Source: Candidatus Poribacteria bacterium
Lineage (GTDB): Bacteria; Poribacteria; WGA-4E; PCPOR2b
NCBI GenBank assembly: GCA_965208675.1
Contig: OZ242351.1
Span: 2,496,001 to 2,560,000 of the forward strand
Length of the DNA stretch: 64,000 bases
Direction of reading: 5' to 3'
In this document: positions 9,675 through 20,293 of the stretch, one piece after another
Layout of the letters: every line of letters begins with the position of its first letter
Position numbering within the stretch: position 1 is the stretch's first letter
Notes under the pieces: generated by a model
What the model saw: only the letters and a program-made list of their open reading frames with translations
The model's database searches: none
Told to the model about the DNA's origin: nothing
Program-made: the position numbers and the translations under genes

Positions 9675-11498
9675 TTATGATTTGGTTACAAGAGTTTCTC
9701 CCCATGTTGAGATTGTTTCCGAGATACTTCTTATCCATTTTCCAGAATCACTGTATGAGGTTGAAGACTGAAGAATCTCGTCGTATAAACGAGAAATATC
9801 TGAATGTTTCAATAACTTTTTTTCGTTTTTCATTTGGAGCAATTTTTTTAGGATCGAAACAAATTGATCTATTGAGAGAGGAACAATCTTCTGTGGCTTG
9901 CCCTCATACTCATATTTGATTGCTGTCCAAAATGTATTGATTGTATCTCTGTGTAATCTTGGTGCAATAAATAGGCAATAAGAGGGTTTGTCGCCATTTT
10001 TATTCTCAAAATCCCGCAAATGCCTCATGACCGGCTGTCCCTCGTTATACCATTGATTACGACCTGTAAGAATTGTTACTTCACAAATTGCGTTGAAATC
10101 TTCGTAGAAACATTCAATATCGGGTGTATTTGCGGGAGCAGTAAAGGTTGGTTCGTTATCGTCTCCAACTGGATGATTTGGCTGGATTTTTAAAGCGGCA
10201 TTAAGTGCATGCAGTCCGAGCGCAGAATATTTTTCAAGTAAAATTGGACCATCCTCTACGTTGTAAATATTTTCGAGTGATTCGATGTATGACTCAATGT
10301 GCTCGATTGATTGAGATTTTTTTTGATTTTCTTCCTCTTGGAGTTGCCGTCTATATCTCCGAAGCTCCGCAAGATATTCCTTCAATTCGCTGTCCTGCAG
10401 TATTTCTATTGTCTTTAAAGTAGTAGTGTCTTTGTCTAGGTCTGCTTCATATTGATGTATTTCGTTAATGAGTTTTTTCGCAATTTCGGAATACTTTTCT
10501 TTTGTCTCCCACGGTAGCTGCGGTTGAGCAATATCTGAAATATATGAAAAATACTCTTTTTTTGATTCAAACTTCTGTGCTTTAGCATTATCGTAAGCTA
10601 ATAAGGAATTGATTTCGACTAATCGTCTTGGTTCGAGGTCAACATAAAAACCACCGCCGCGGATATGAATATATCGAGTTAGGCGGAAATAACGGATTGC
10701 GTTGTCTCCGTAATCGTGAAGGTTGTTTAGTAAGCGATCAATATCTTTTTTAATGCCAGTATGAAGAAAATCACCAGCAAATCTTGTTTTGTAGGCCTCC
10801 AAAATCTGTCTTTGTCTTTGTTTGGTTTTTCCGTTTAGCTCTTCCCTAAGTGATATGATTGATTCGGCATACCTTTCTATGTCGTTATAGTTAACGAGAG
10901 TAGGGGCAAAAAGAGAGAATTCCTTTTTGCTTATACCCTTTGGTGCATTACCAATAGACTTTTCTATCTGATTGACAGAGTTAATCAAATGAAGCGTTCC
11001 AATAAATGGCTTTATGTCATAGGTGCCATTATCGGGATAGTCTCGACTATCTGGGTTTGGTAGTTGCCATTTCAAGAAACTTTTGAAGTAGATTTCTCCG
11101 AAATCGAAGTCTTCGTTTAGAAAAAGTCTTCCTAGTTCTGTTATTCTTAACTTTCCATTTTCAATAAGGACAAACCCAAACTTTTTAAGTGGGTTTAACG
11201 ATTGCCTGCCGCGCATTGCAGGATCTTCATATGCTTTGGCGTTGAATATCTCTTGTGCCTGTTCAAATGAGATTTCTTGCGATGAATCATCAACCAGATC
11301 AATCATTGCTTGTGGTAATCCATTGTAAAACTGAGTTTTTCCATAACCATACACTCGGTTTTGGATCAAACGTATTTGATACTCCATCTGGCTTTCTGCG
11401 TCCCAATCTGAATTCTGAAGTTGCTTCACAACAAGCAAGAAATCTCTTAACCTTTCGGGATTCCTCAATGTTGTTGTAATTGACCAAGGTTTCTTCAT
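9675..11498 (-). CDS. AlwI-family type IIS restriction/nicking endonuclease
   Basis: N-terminal PWSITTTLRNPERL, DYGDNAIRYFRLT, catalytic PDIEC...EVT and EGQPVMRH motifs; lies between two MTases. Confidence 0.85.
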   Translation of the reverse strand: MKKPWSITTTLRNPERLRDFLLVVKQLQNSDWDAESQMEYQIRLIQNRVYGYGKTQFYNGLPQAMIDLVDDSSQEISFEQAQEIFNAKAYEDPAMRGRQSLNPLKKFGFVLIENGKLRITELGRLFLNEDFDFGEIYFKSFLKWQLPNPDSRDYPDNGTYDIKPFIGTLHLINSVNQIEKSIGNAPKGISKKEFSLFAPTLVNYNDIERYAESIISLREELNGKTKQRQRQILEAYKTRFAGDFLHTGIKKDIDRLLNNLHDYGDNAIRYFRLTRYIHIRGGGFYVDLEPRRLVEINSLLAYDNAKAQKFESKKEYFSYISDIAQPQLPWETKEKYSEIAKKLINEIHQYEADLDKDTTTLKTIEILQDSELKEYLAELRRYRRQLQEEENQKKSQSIEHIESYIESLENIYNVEDGPILLEKYSALGLHALNAALKIQPNHPVGDDNEPTFTAPANTPDIECFYEDFNAICEVTILTGRNQWYNEGQPVMRHLRDFENKNGDKPSYCLFIAPRLHRDTINTFWTAIKYEYEGKPQKIVPLSIDQFVSILKKLLQMKNEKKLLKHSDISRLYDEILQSSTSYSDSGKWIRSISETISTWGETLVTKS

Positions 11499-11500
11499 CG

Positions 11501-13321
11501 CTATTTTGTTGCTCTACAATAGAAAATGCGTTCCGTATTACCTTCGCCGTTGCTTTTGCCTGTGGTAAAGGCTTGATAGAACTTTTCAAAAATTTCGACC
11601 TCGCCCTTATTTCGTAAAATTCGCAAGATTTCGTCGTCGCTCATTCGTGCATTTGAACGCCCATCTTTTGAGTCTCCTGTATTGTTGTAGGAAAGAAGAA
11701 TGTGTTTGCAATCTGCATTCTTGATTAAATCTTCAAATGCACTTGTTGCGTTCTTAAGGCAATAATTGCTTTTGATATGCGAACGATCCATTTTTTTGCC
11801 GATACCAACAACTTCTGGCATTTCCCATTCTGCAAGATTTTCTAAAAGGTGATACGCATCTGAATATTGCCGTGAATTGTACGGCGGATCAATGTATAAG
11901 GCATCGGAAGAGATTTTTCTGATGAGCGCATTTGCGTCCTCTCGGTAAATCTCATTGTTGGTGTTGTTTGAATGATTAACATCTGGAATGAGTAGTTTTA
12001 TCGGCTGAAGCATATCCATTTTTTTTCGGAAAGCGTCATAGTGACCAACTGTATTTGCAACTCTGTCCACCGCATAGAGTAAAGAACAAATCAAAATGTT
12101 CTTATCACTCTCCCTTGTTGCAATCGTATCGATCTCTTCTCTAATTGCTCCTATTTTTCTTGCGTTTTCTTGTGTAAAATATGTGCCGCCGAAATGTTTT
12201 GAGAAATAATTGTCTTTGTCGTTCGGCAGATTATTAAGATGTTCAATTTTTTTTGAAACGATTGTTCGTAGATCTTTGTTCGTTCCCAAAAAAGCATGTA
12301 GGCAAGCATAATTTGCAAAGAGGAAATCATTGGAAATGACTTTTATATCAGGACTATTAAATCTCTCTCCAACAACTCCAGTGCCAGCAAAAATATCGCA
12401 AAGTGAATTTACGGATCCGCATTTGTCAGAAATTATATCCTCAATGAATCCAAGGAGTTTATATTTATTCCCCAAGTAACGTCGATTTTGTAACTGGAAG
12501 TAACCCGTTTTCGATTCTCGCGGTTGAAAAAGATGTTTATCAATTTTCTGAATATTGACTTGATAATTTGGCTTTTCAAATTCTAGCAAATCAAAAAGCG
12601 TTTTTTGTATTCCGTCCGCAACATAGTCAAGGCCATTGAGCTGATTCTTTAACTTTTCATTAAAGCTATAGTTCCCTTTTTCGGAAATGATCACGAAGTC
12701 AATCACCGGGATTCCCATTATTTCTCCGGCGTGAGCTATCCTTTCAACGATTTGAACATCCTTCTCGCTGGGTGATGTCTCACCGGACGGGTGATTGTGA
12801 ACGATAACCACGCTTGCAGCGTTTAATTCTGTTGCGGGATAGAAAATTTCCCTTGGATGTAGCAATGTCTTGTCTAAGAGTCCAACACTAACAATCTCTT
12901 TTTTCAACAAGACATTTCGTGCATTTAGATACAAACCAACTAAATGCTCTTTTTTCTTATCTCTCAAATCATAAGTTACAGAAACAACGTCTTGAGAATT
13001 TTTGATCACAACTTCGTTAGTTTGATCTTCGGTGTAAAATCTTTTTACCAAGGAAACTGCTGACGCGACTTGCAATGCTTTTGCTTCGCCAATACCAGCA
13101 ATCCCTTTTAAATCGTCCACCGTAACATTCAGAAAATCTTTTCCAAACTTTTTTATAATTTGTTGCGATAGCTGTTGGACATTTTTCCCCTTGATTCCAC
13201 TTCCTAGCAAAATCGCCAATAAATCGACTTTTGAAAGTGCGTCCGGACCTTTTTTCAGGAACCTTTCGCGAGGTCTGTCTATTCTTGGAATATCCTTAAT
13301 CTTTGCCATCACAGTTTCCAA
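11501..13321 (-). CDS. RadC (JAB/MPN)-DNA adenine methyltransferase (D12/FokI-like) fusion
   Basis: N-terminal RadC (RPRERFL..GPDALS, HhH GIGEAKA, JAMM HNHPSG.xSxxD) continues without a stop into RRYLGNKYKLL, DIFAGTGVVG and YIDPPYNSRQYSDAYHLLEN. Confidence 0.88.
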   Translation of the reverse strand: METVMAKIKDIPRIDRPRERFLKKGPDALSKVDLLAILLGSGIKGKNVQQLSQQIIKKFGKDFLNVTVDDLKGIAGIGEAKALQVASAVSLVKRFYTEDQTNEVVIKNSQDVVSVTYDLRDKKKEHLVGLYLNARNVLLKKEIVSVGLLDKTLLHPREIFYPATELNAASVVIVHNHPSGETSPSEKDVQIVERIAHAGEIMGIPVIDFVIISEKGNYSFNEKLKNQLNGLDYVADGIQKTLFDLLEFEKPNYQVNIQKIDKHLFQPRESKTGYFQLQNRRYLGNKYKLLGFIEDIISDKCGSVNSLCDIFAGTGVVGERFNSPDIKVISNDFLFANYACLHAFLGTNKDLRTIVSKKIEHLNNLPNDKDNYFSKHFGGTYFTQENARKIGAIREEIDTIATRESDKNILICSLLYAVDRVANTVGHYDAFRKKMDMLQPIKLLIPDVNHSNNTNNEIYREDANALIRKISSDALYIDPPYNSRQYSDAYHLLENLAEWEMPEVVGIGKKMDRSHIKSNYCLKNATSAFEDLIKNADCKHILLSYNNTGDSKDGRSNARMSDDEILRILRNKGEVEIFEKFYQAFTTGKSNGEGNTERIFYCRATK

Positions 13322-13764
13322 GTTTTATCTACGCTCACGTTGAACCTATTACTTACCCCCATCCTTTAGACAGCAACTAACGAGATTTAAGTAATAATGT
13401 CCGACTAATTCTGGTCAATTTTCAACACCTGAAGTTAGTGAAAATACACCTCGTAAGGTGTTCGGTATTCGAGCGATTGATGTGACCGCTCTCGGTTGAA
13501 ATGTTGAAATAATCCCTCAAGCGACGTTAAGGCAACCATACTCTTCGACAACACGTGTACGTATGTGCTGCTCTATCTGCCAATCATACCAAAAGGTACC
13601 TCTACTGTCAATTGCATTTTCGTTGCAAATTTATTTTTGAAAATGTTATAATCGGAGAAAATACGGACGTAATGCGTAATTTTATTAAATGATTCCCAAG
13701 GCGGCGTGCCGGGACTGCCGGCATCTTGAGCGAGTTTGGCGTGATTAGGATAGGAGCGGTACTT

Positions 13765-15342
13765 ATGAGAATTATACAAAGAGCGCGGGAATTCCGGATA
13801 ATCGCCTTGGCGATTATAACGCTGCTTGCATTTGGCGCCGTAGTTGAGGCGCGCATCTCCACGAGTACGAAGCACCTGGATGAATATATTAACACCACCT
13901 TGAAAGAAGAGGGGATTAAGCCGTCGAAGCGGTCAAAAGACGCCGAGTTTTTGAGGCGCGTGCATCTCGATCTGAACGGAAAGATTCCCAATGTTGACGA
14001 GGTAGTGAGGTTCCTCGACGATGGATCGAAGAACAAGCGCGAGAAAAAGATTGACGAGTTGCTCGGCAGCGAACCTTTTCTTGACAACTGGACACGGATT
14101 TGGGTGAACTGGTTGGTTGGGCGGGGCAATAGCGACCGCCGTTTTGAGTTGACGAACTGGGTTCGCGAGGCGCTGGCGCGCAATCTGACATACGACCGGT
14201 TTGTTGCCGCGTTAATCACGGCGGATGGGAAGATTACGGAGAACGGCGCCGGCGGTTTTTTGCTTCGATACGACCTATCGCCGATAGACTTGACCGCTCA
14301 GACGTCGCGGTTATTTCTTGGCTTGCCGATGCAGTGCGCGCAGTGCCACGACCATAAGAGCGAGGAGTGGCTGCAGGAAGATTTCTATAGCATCGCGGCG
14401 TTCTTTGCGAGTACGGAATATGAGCGAATCTACGAGAAGGACGAAAACGGCGAAGAAGAGGAGATTGATGTCGTTTTGAGGAATATTCCGCGCGGTTCCG
14501 TGTACATTCCGGACGCCGAACAAGAAACGCCGGCGCGCTTCTTGGATGGCGAACGCTACAAGGGTTCCCCTATGCTGCGCCGCCGTGCATTGAGCGAATG
14601 GATGACATCGAAAGAGAATCCGTACTTCAGCCGCGCACTCGTGAATCGGATTTGGGCGCATTTTATGGGCAAAGGGTTCGTGGAACCGCTCGACGGATTT
14701 GGAGAAGAGTACCCCCCGACGCATCCGGAGTTGCTCGATTGGTTGGCGGATGATTTTGCGGCGCACAATTACGACCTGCGGTATCTCATGCGAACGATAC
14801 TAAATTCGCAAGCGTACCAGCGAACATCCGCGGCGAATAAGCACAACGCAGACGACGAGACCCACTATTCGCACGCTTATGTCAAGCCGTTGAACGCAGA
14901 GCAGTTCTTCTATTCGATGATTGAAGCCACGGGTTTTGATCGGCTTCAGAAACGGCGGGACCGGGGGGCGCTCGAACACATGAAACGCCGGTACCTCGAA
15001 CGCTTCATATTCTTGCTAGCCAACGGCGAAATGGAGGAGCTTGAGGCGTTCAACGGCACCGTGCCGCAAGCGTTGATGATGATTAACGGACCGTTGGTGA
15101 ACGATAGCGGCGATCACAAAGCCCGCGGCAGTCTAATCAATGACATACTCAAACGGTGGCGCACCACAGCGGATCGGGTAGATCAAATTTATCTCAGGAC
15201 GCTTTCACGCCCGGCGACAGCTTCAGAACAATCCTATTTCAAACGTTACGAGGACACGAGCCTGTACCGCGACAAGGAATTACCGTATGAAGACCTCTAT
15301 TGGGCGTTGCTGAACTCGGCGGAGTTCTCGTTAAACCACTAG
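13765..15342 (+). CDS. DUF1549/DUF1553 (PSCyt2/PSD1) planctomycete-type protein
   Basis: FLRRVHLDLNG, CAQCHDH, NPYFSRALVNRIWAHFMGKG, HPELLDWLA, WALLNSAEF; signal peptide; AGGAG RBS before ATG 13765. Confidence 0.9.
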   Translation: MRIIQRAREFRIIALAIITLLAFGAVVEARISTSTKHLDEYINTTLKEEGIKPSKRSKDAEFLRRVHLDLNGKIPNVDEVVRFLDDGSKNKREKKIDELLGSEPFLDNWTRIWVNWLVGRGNSDRRFELTNWVREALARNLTYDRFVAALITADGKITENGAGGFLLRYDLSPIDLTAQTSRLFLGLPMQCAQCHDHKSEEWLQEDFYSIAAFFASTEYERIYEKDENGEEEEIDVVLRNIPRGSVYIPDAEQETPARFLDGERYKGSPMLRRRALSEWMTSKENPYFSRALVNRIWAHFMGKGFVEPLDGFGEEYPPTHPELLDWLADDFAAHNYDLRYLMRTILNSQAYQRTSAANKHNADDETHYSHAYVKPLNAEQFFYSMIEATGFDRLQKRRDRGALEHMKRRYLERFIFLLANGEMEELEAFNGTVPQALMMINGPLVNDSGDHKARGSLINDILKRWRTTADRVDQIYLRTLSRPATASEQSYFKRYEDTSLYRDKELPYEDLYWALLNSAEFSLNH

Positions 15343-15398
15343 TAGACTTACGGCGTTTGGAGCTGTAAGCCGTGAACTGTTGACGAAAGGAAGAGGAC

Positions 15399-16703
15399 AT
15401 GAACACACAGCTATGGTTTCCGGAAAATAAAAGCCCTGAACAATACGATAAAGATATGTCGCGGCGCAGTTTTCTCAAATTCGGCACGAGCAGTTTTTTG
15501 GGGCTGATAGCCATGCAGCATCTGCAACTGCCGGCACTTTCCGCGATCGATGCGCTGCCGTCGCAAGCGGAACACTGCATTGTTCTGTTCATGAACGGCG
15601 GTCCGAGTCAATTGGACACGTTTGATCCAAAAGCGGGTACGGCGAACGGTGGGCCTTTCAAGGCGATATCGACAAGTGCGAAAGGCATCGAGTTTTCTGA
15701 AAATTTGCCGCTGCTCGCCGAGCAAGCCCATCACCTCTCCATTATCCGATCGATGGTATCGGGCGAAGGGAATCATGAAAGGGCGCGATTCCTGCTGCAT
15801 ACCGGCTACGCGCCGACGGGATCCGTGCAGCACCCGACTCTGGGTTCAATCGCCTCCTACTATATGGATGACGACGATTTTGAATTGCCGAGTTGTGTGA
15901 ACATCAACTCGCCAACTTTTACGGGCGGATTTCTAGGTGCGGCGCACGATCCGTTCTTGGTCAGCAATCCGATGGAACCGCTTGAGGATCTCAAGTACCC
16001 GCCGCAAATGGACCGCCATAGATTTCGCCAACGTCTCCGTATGTTGAAGGATTTGGAGAAGGATTTCCTCAAGAAGCGAGACACACGCAGCACTGAAGCC
16101 CATCAAGCTATCTACAAAAAGGCGGATAAACTGATAAACTCGCCGCACGCAGAGGCGTTCAGCCTCAATGAAGAGCCGTTAGCGTTAAGAGAATCCTACG
16201 GAATGAACCAATTCGGGCAAGGCTGCCTGATGGCGCGCCGGTTGGTTGAGGCGGGCGTGAAGTTTGTTGAGGTTTCGCTTGACGGTTGGGATACCCACTC
16301 GAACAACTTTGAATCAGTGAAGAACCTACTTAGTGTAGTTGATCCGGCGTTCTCGGCGCTGGTGAAAGATCTTGCCGATCGAGAAATATTGGACAAGACG
16401 GTGGTGTTATGGCTCGGGGAGTTTGGACGGACTCCCAGGATTAACGAGAATGACGGGCGCGACCACTACCCGAACGGCTGGTCTGCGGTTCTCGCCGGCG
16501 GCGGTGTTCGAGGCGGACAGGCGGTCGGAGCGACGGATGCGGATGGGATAGAGGTTGTTGACCGCGCGGTTTCCGTGCCCGACCTATTTGCGTCGCTCTG
16601 CTTTGCGCTAGGGATAGACTATCACACCGAAAATTATTCTCGAATGGGTCGCCCGATTCGAGTCGTTGACAACGGTGCGGTGGTCAAAGAGTTATTTGCA
16701 TGA
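15399..16703 (+). CDS. DUF1501 protein
   Basis: Tat-like SRRSFLK, GGPSQLDTFDPK, WDTH and GEFGRTP..N...GRDH; the usual partner of DUF1553 proteins. Confidence 0.92.
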   Translation: MNTQLWFPENKSPEQYDKDMSRRSFLKFGTSSFLGLIAMQHLQLPALSAIDALPSQAEHCIVLFMNGGPSQLDTFDPKAGTANGGPFKAISTSAKGIEFSENLPLLAEQAHHLSIIRSMVSGEGNHERARFLLHTGYAPTGSVQHPTLGSIASYYMDDDDFELPSCVNINSPTFTGGFLGAAHDPFLVSNPMEPLEDLKYPPQMDRHRFRQRLRMLKDLEKDFLKKRDTRSTEAHQAIYKKADKLINSPHAEAFSLNEEPLALRESYGMNQFGQGCLMARRLVEAGVKFVEVSLDGWDTHSNNFESVKNLLSVVDPAFSALVKDLADREILDKTVVLWLGEFGRTPRINENDGRDHYPNGWSAVLAGGGVRGGQAVGATDADGIEVVDRAVSVPDLFASLCFALGIDYHTENYSRMGRPIRVVDNGAVVKELFA

Positions 16704-16849
16704 AGCGTAATACGGCGTTGAAAGTGCCTCGGGATACGTGTATCGGCAGCTTCGCATTTTTCGATATTTACCGTGTGCGCAACGAAGCTTGAGTCTACGT
16801 GATTTTGTGAAATTCTAAATCGCAGCGATTTGATACGGAGAGCACATCT

Positions 16850-17749
16850 ATGAAAGTCCTCGTGACTGGTTCAACGGGTCTCATCGGTTCGGCGTTGGTT
16901 AGCACCCTCACCGAGCAGGGACACGAGGTTAAGAAACTCGTCCGCACCGAGCCCGCGTCCGGAGAAGATGAGGTTCACTGGTCGCCTGAATCGAGAAACA
17001 TTGATAAGGGCGGGTTGGAAGGATTGGATGCGGTCGTGCATCTCGCCGGAGAAAACATTGCCAGCGGGAAATGGACGGCAGAGAAAAAAGCCAGAATACG
17101 CGACAGCCGTGTCGAAGGAACGCGTCTGCTATGCGAGACGATCGCCCAACTTGAACGGCCGCCCAAGGTAGCGGTTTGCTCGTCTGCTATCGGTTTTTAC
17201 GGCGACCGCGGCGGTGCGGCAGTCGACGAGGCAGCCTTTTCGGGATCGGGGTTTCTCCCCGATGTCTGCCAGGAATGGGAGGAAGCCACGGGATCGGCGG
17301 CGGAAGCAGGCATCCGAGTTGTAAACCTTCGGATTGGCGTTGTATTTAGTCTGGACGGCGGCGCATTGGCACGAATGCTTCCCCCATTCAAGATGGGTTC
17401 CGGAGGAAAATTGGGGAATGGGAAACAGTACATTAGTTGGATCGCGTTAGACGATGTCGTTGGTGCAATCAATCACGTTCTTACGCAAGACGGTTTGCAC
17501 GGTCCGGTAAATGCGGTATCCCCGCAGGCGGTCACCAATAGCGAACTTACAAAAACCTTGGGGCGCGTGCTGAACCGCCCTACCCTCTTTGGCATGCCCG
17601 CCTTTATGGTTCGTTCCGTCTTCGGCGAAATGGCGGACGAAATGCTGCTCGTAAGCACCCGCGTGGAGCCTGCCCGATTGTCTGAAACTGGCTACACATT
17701 CCAGTATCCCGAACTCGAAAGCGCGCTGCGGTACCTTTTGGGAAAATGA
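16850..17749 (+). CDS. TIGR01777/YfcH-family NAD-dependent epimerase
   Basis: VTGSTGLIG, HLAGENIA, SAIGFYG, GFLPDVCQEWE, DUF1731-like tail. Confidence 0.9.
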   Translation: MKVLVTGSTGLIGSALVSTLTEQGHEVKKLVRTEPASGEDEVHWSPESRNIDKGGLEGLDAVVHLAGENIASGKWTAEKKARIRDSRVEGTRLLCETIAQLERPPKVAVCSSAIGFYGDRGGAAVDEAAFSGSGFLPDVCQEWEEATGSAAEAGIRVVNLRIGVVFSLDGGALARMLPPFKMGSGGKLGNGKQYISWIALDDVVGAINHVLTQDGLHGPVNAVSPQAVTNSELTKTLGRVLNRPTLFGMPAFMVRSVFGEMADEMLLVSTRVEPARLSETGYTFQYPELESALRYLLGK

Positions 17750-18066
17750 ACAGTTCAGAAGAATCAATGCTACTACGCTGACACACGCTTACCCATTCGA
17801 CCTTTGCTTCGTCCAACGATTACCACGACGCAACAACACCTCTGATGTGTCCCACGAAATACCGTTTCGCCGATTGAGGCGAATATTCAATATCCTGCTC
17901 TCGTTACAATCTCGCCCCGCGCACCTTCCTTAACATTCGCGCCTAAATATCTGCATGACATCTTTCCCAATCATATCTATCCTTGCCCATAGACACCGCC
18001 AGAACCGAACCATAGGGTGATTTCAAAGGCATGAAAAAATAAATGCAGATTTATTAGCATTTTGTC

Positions 18067-18096
18067 TTGACATGCTGAATCAGGTAATGCTATAAT
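18067..18096 (+). promoter_or_regulatory. sigma70 promoter upstream of the TolB-like pair
   Basis: TTGACA-N18-TATAAT with extended -10 TG. Confidence 0.55.
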
Positions 18097-18318
18097 TCTC
18101 GCAGTGATGCTGTTTCTTTGCGTGAGTCAATCATCTACCTAACAGAACGGTAGTGTGCGAGAATCTACAGTAGGTGATTAGTTTGGGTGCCGTTCTTTAC
18201 TTTATCGAAACGGTTTGTGGTGCGCTGGTTAGGGTTCAAATAGGAAACAGGCCGATTACCTCTACATTGAACTTACACCATTCCTTTGATAGCATGAGGA
18301 GGTTCGACGATACTGACT

Positions 18319-20178
18319 ATGAGGAAATGCAACCAACCAGCTAAAACGTTCGATGCGAATCGTTACTTGTTAGCAAGAATCGAAGTGGGCACGCATTACG
18401 CTTTATTTTTTCTATTATTGCTACTGCATTTCAGTGTTATTTCCGCAAATTCTCAATGGCAGCGGGAGCAAATTGTGTTTGTGGCTCAAGAGGCGGATCT
18501 CCGACAAATACGCCTCACAAATGGTTTAGGCGGTCAAGTTAAAAAGCTTACATTGCAAGGACGCTGCGCCACGCCATCATTATCGTTTGATGGAAAACGG
18601 GTTGCATTTGCCTGGTTAGCCCATCGACGGCAAAACTATGAAATTTATTTAATGGATATTCAGTCAGGTGAGCAGCGTCGAGTGACATTTTCACAAAATA
18701 GAAATATTCATAGTCTTTACCCTTCTTGGGCGCCGGACGGAAGTCGGATTGTGTTCGCTTCAAATTTTGATGGTGATTACGACCTCTACACTGTGGATGA
18801 AAAAGGGAATAATCGCACCCCGCTGACGGATAGTGAGGGAGACGATGTGCAACCTGACTGGTCTCCGGACGGGCGTGAAATCGTGTTCGCTTCTGATCAA
18901 GCCCAGGGGTATTTTCAGATATACCGGATAGATGTCAGAACGGGACACCAACAGACTCTTGCCAATAACGATTTTCATGCCGCCTATCCGAGATGGTCGC
19001 CTGACGGCACTCAGGTAGCATACCATTCTGCAGTGGTTGATGTGGCGCTAACCGGCGGCTGGCAGATTTGGCAAGTCAGAACTGATGGAACGGACGTAAA
19101 ACACCTGATTGTAGAAGGTGAAAGTGGTAGCCCCGCCATTTCTCCCGACGGGAAGCAGATTGCATTTTCATCTTGGAGAGATGATAACTTGGACATTTAC
19201 ATCTTGGACAGGGATTCTCTGGAAACTCGCCGTCTTACTCGCGACCCGTCTCTCGATTCGAGTCCGGGTTGGTCACCGGACGGCAAACACTTAGTTTTTG
19301 TTTCCAAGAGAACGGGCAATCCAGACATTCATAAGATTAACGCAGATGGCGGTGGGATTGTGAATTTGACTCGGAGTGAAACGTCCGAATATAGTCCAGC
19401 TTGGTCTCCCGGAGGGGATAGGATTAGCTTCGCTCGAGTTGTAGATGGAAGGTGGGAGATTCATGTGATGGACAGCGGCGGAAACCGTCAAAGGCGGTTG
19501 GATAATAGTCCTGTTTTCAACGGATCTCCGTCATGGTCGCCGCAAGGGGATAAGATTGCCTTTGTGAATTCGCCCGAAGAGGATTCAAAAGTGAGACGCA
19601 TTTACATAATTGATCCGGAGGGGCAGAATAAGCGATTATTATATGAATCATTAAGCGTGAGAATAAGTAGACCCAGTTGGTCTCCGGATGGCAGAAAAAT
19701 GCTGTTTGTCAATTTAAGCAAATTGGACAATGGGATTTCAGAAATCCGCATACTTGATGTGATGACACGAAAGGTGGTCAACTCGATTCATTTGATAGAT
19801 GTATCGATTGACAATGCAGTTTGGTCGTCCGTTGGTAGGAATATTGTCTTTACAGCGCTTTCAGTAGACGTGCAGCGTATCCTCCAGTACGGTGTTTTCT
19901 TGGTGGACGCCGACGGCAATAATCAAGAGCCCCTTTTGCATACCTTCAGTCCTCAGGCGGTTGATTACGGCGAGGAACGTCTTTCGTGGTCGCCCGAAGG
20001 ACAAAGCCTCCTGTTTAGCCGCGGCACTGGACACCTCTACGTAACCGGGATAAACGGAGGAGGCGTCAGCCTTTTTCTCAGAAATGCGCATTCACCGGAT
20101 TGGAAACAGCCTGTATCCCGCGAGAGAGTAACAGCCGAGAACAAGCTGCATACGACTTGGGGCGAAGTCAAGAAGTAA
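18319..20178 (+). CDS. TolB-like PD40-repeat beta-propeller protein, copy 1
   Basis: Many P.WSPDG..I.F.S repeats, signal peptide and C-terminal KLHTTWGEVKK. Confidence 0.9.
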   Translation: MRKCNQPAKTFDANRYLLARIEVGTHYALFFLLLLLHFSVISANSQWQREQIVFVAQEADLRQIRLTNGLGGQVKKLTLQGRCATPSLSFDGKRVAFAWLAHRRQNYEIYLMDIQSGEQRRVTFSQNRNIHSLYPSWAPDGSRIVFASNFDGDYDLYTVDEKGNNRTPLTDSEGDDVQPDWSPDGREIVFASDQAQGYFQIYRIDVRTGHQQTLANNDFHAAYPRWSPDGTQVAYHSAVVDVALTGGWQIWQVRTDGTDVKHLIVEGESGSPAISPDGKQIAFSSWRDDNLDIYILDRDSLETRRLTRDPSLDSSPGWSPDGKHLVFVSKRTGNPDIHKINADGGGIVNLTRSETSEYSPAWSPGGDRISFARVVDGRWEIHVMDSGGNRQRRLDNSPVFNGSPSWSPQGDKIAFVNSPEEDSKVRRIYIIDPEGQNKRLLYESLSVRISRPSWSPDGRKMLFVNLSKLDNGISEIRILDVMTRKVVNSIHLIDVSIDNAVWSSVGRNIVFTALSVDVQRILQYGVFLVDADGNNQEPLLHTFSPQAVDYGEERLSWSPEGQSLLFSRGTGHLYVTGINGGGVSLFLRNAHSPDWKQPVSRERVTAENKLHTTWGEVKK

Positions 20179-20293
20179 ACCGTGCCCAGATCGAACCCGT
20201 GCAAATATCTTGACCGACTCCGATTGTAGCCTGAAATTCAACCATAGTAACCAACTTGCTCAGCGCTGTATTGCATGAGGAGGCTCGACGATA

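Larger units (their letters stand above)
4960..13450. mobile_element. AT-rich phage-like/defence island (no integrase or att site seen; may extend left to ~3400)
   Basis: Visibly lower GC than the flanks, all CDSs on the minus strand, short phage-like ORFs, an SDH protease and an RM system. Boundaries are approximate. Confidence 0.55.
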
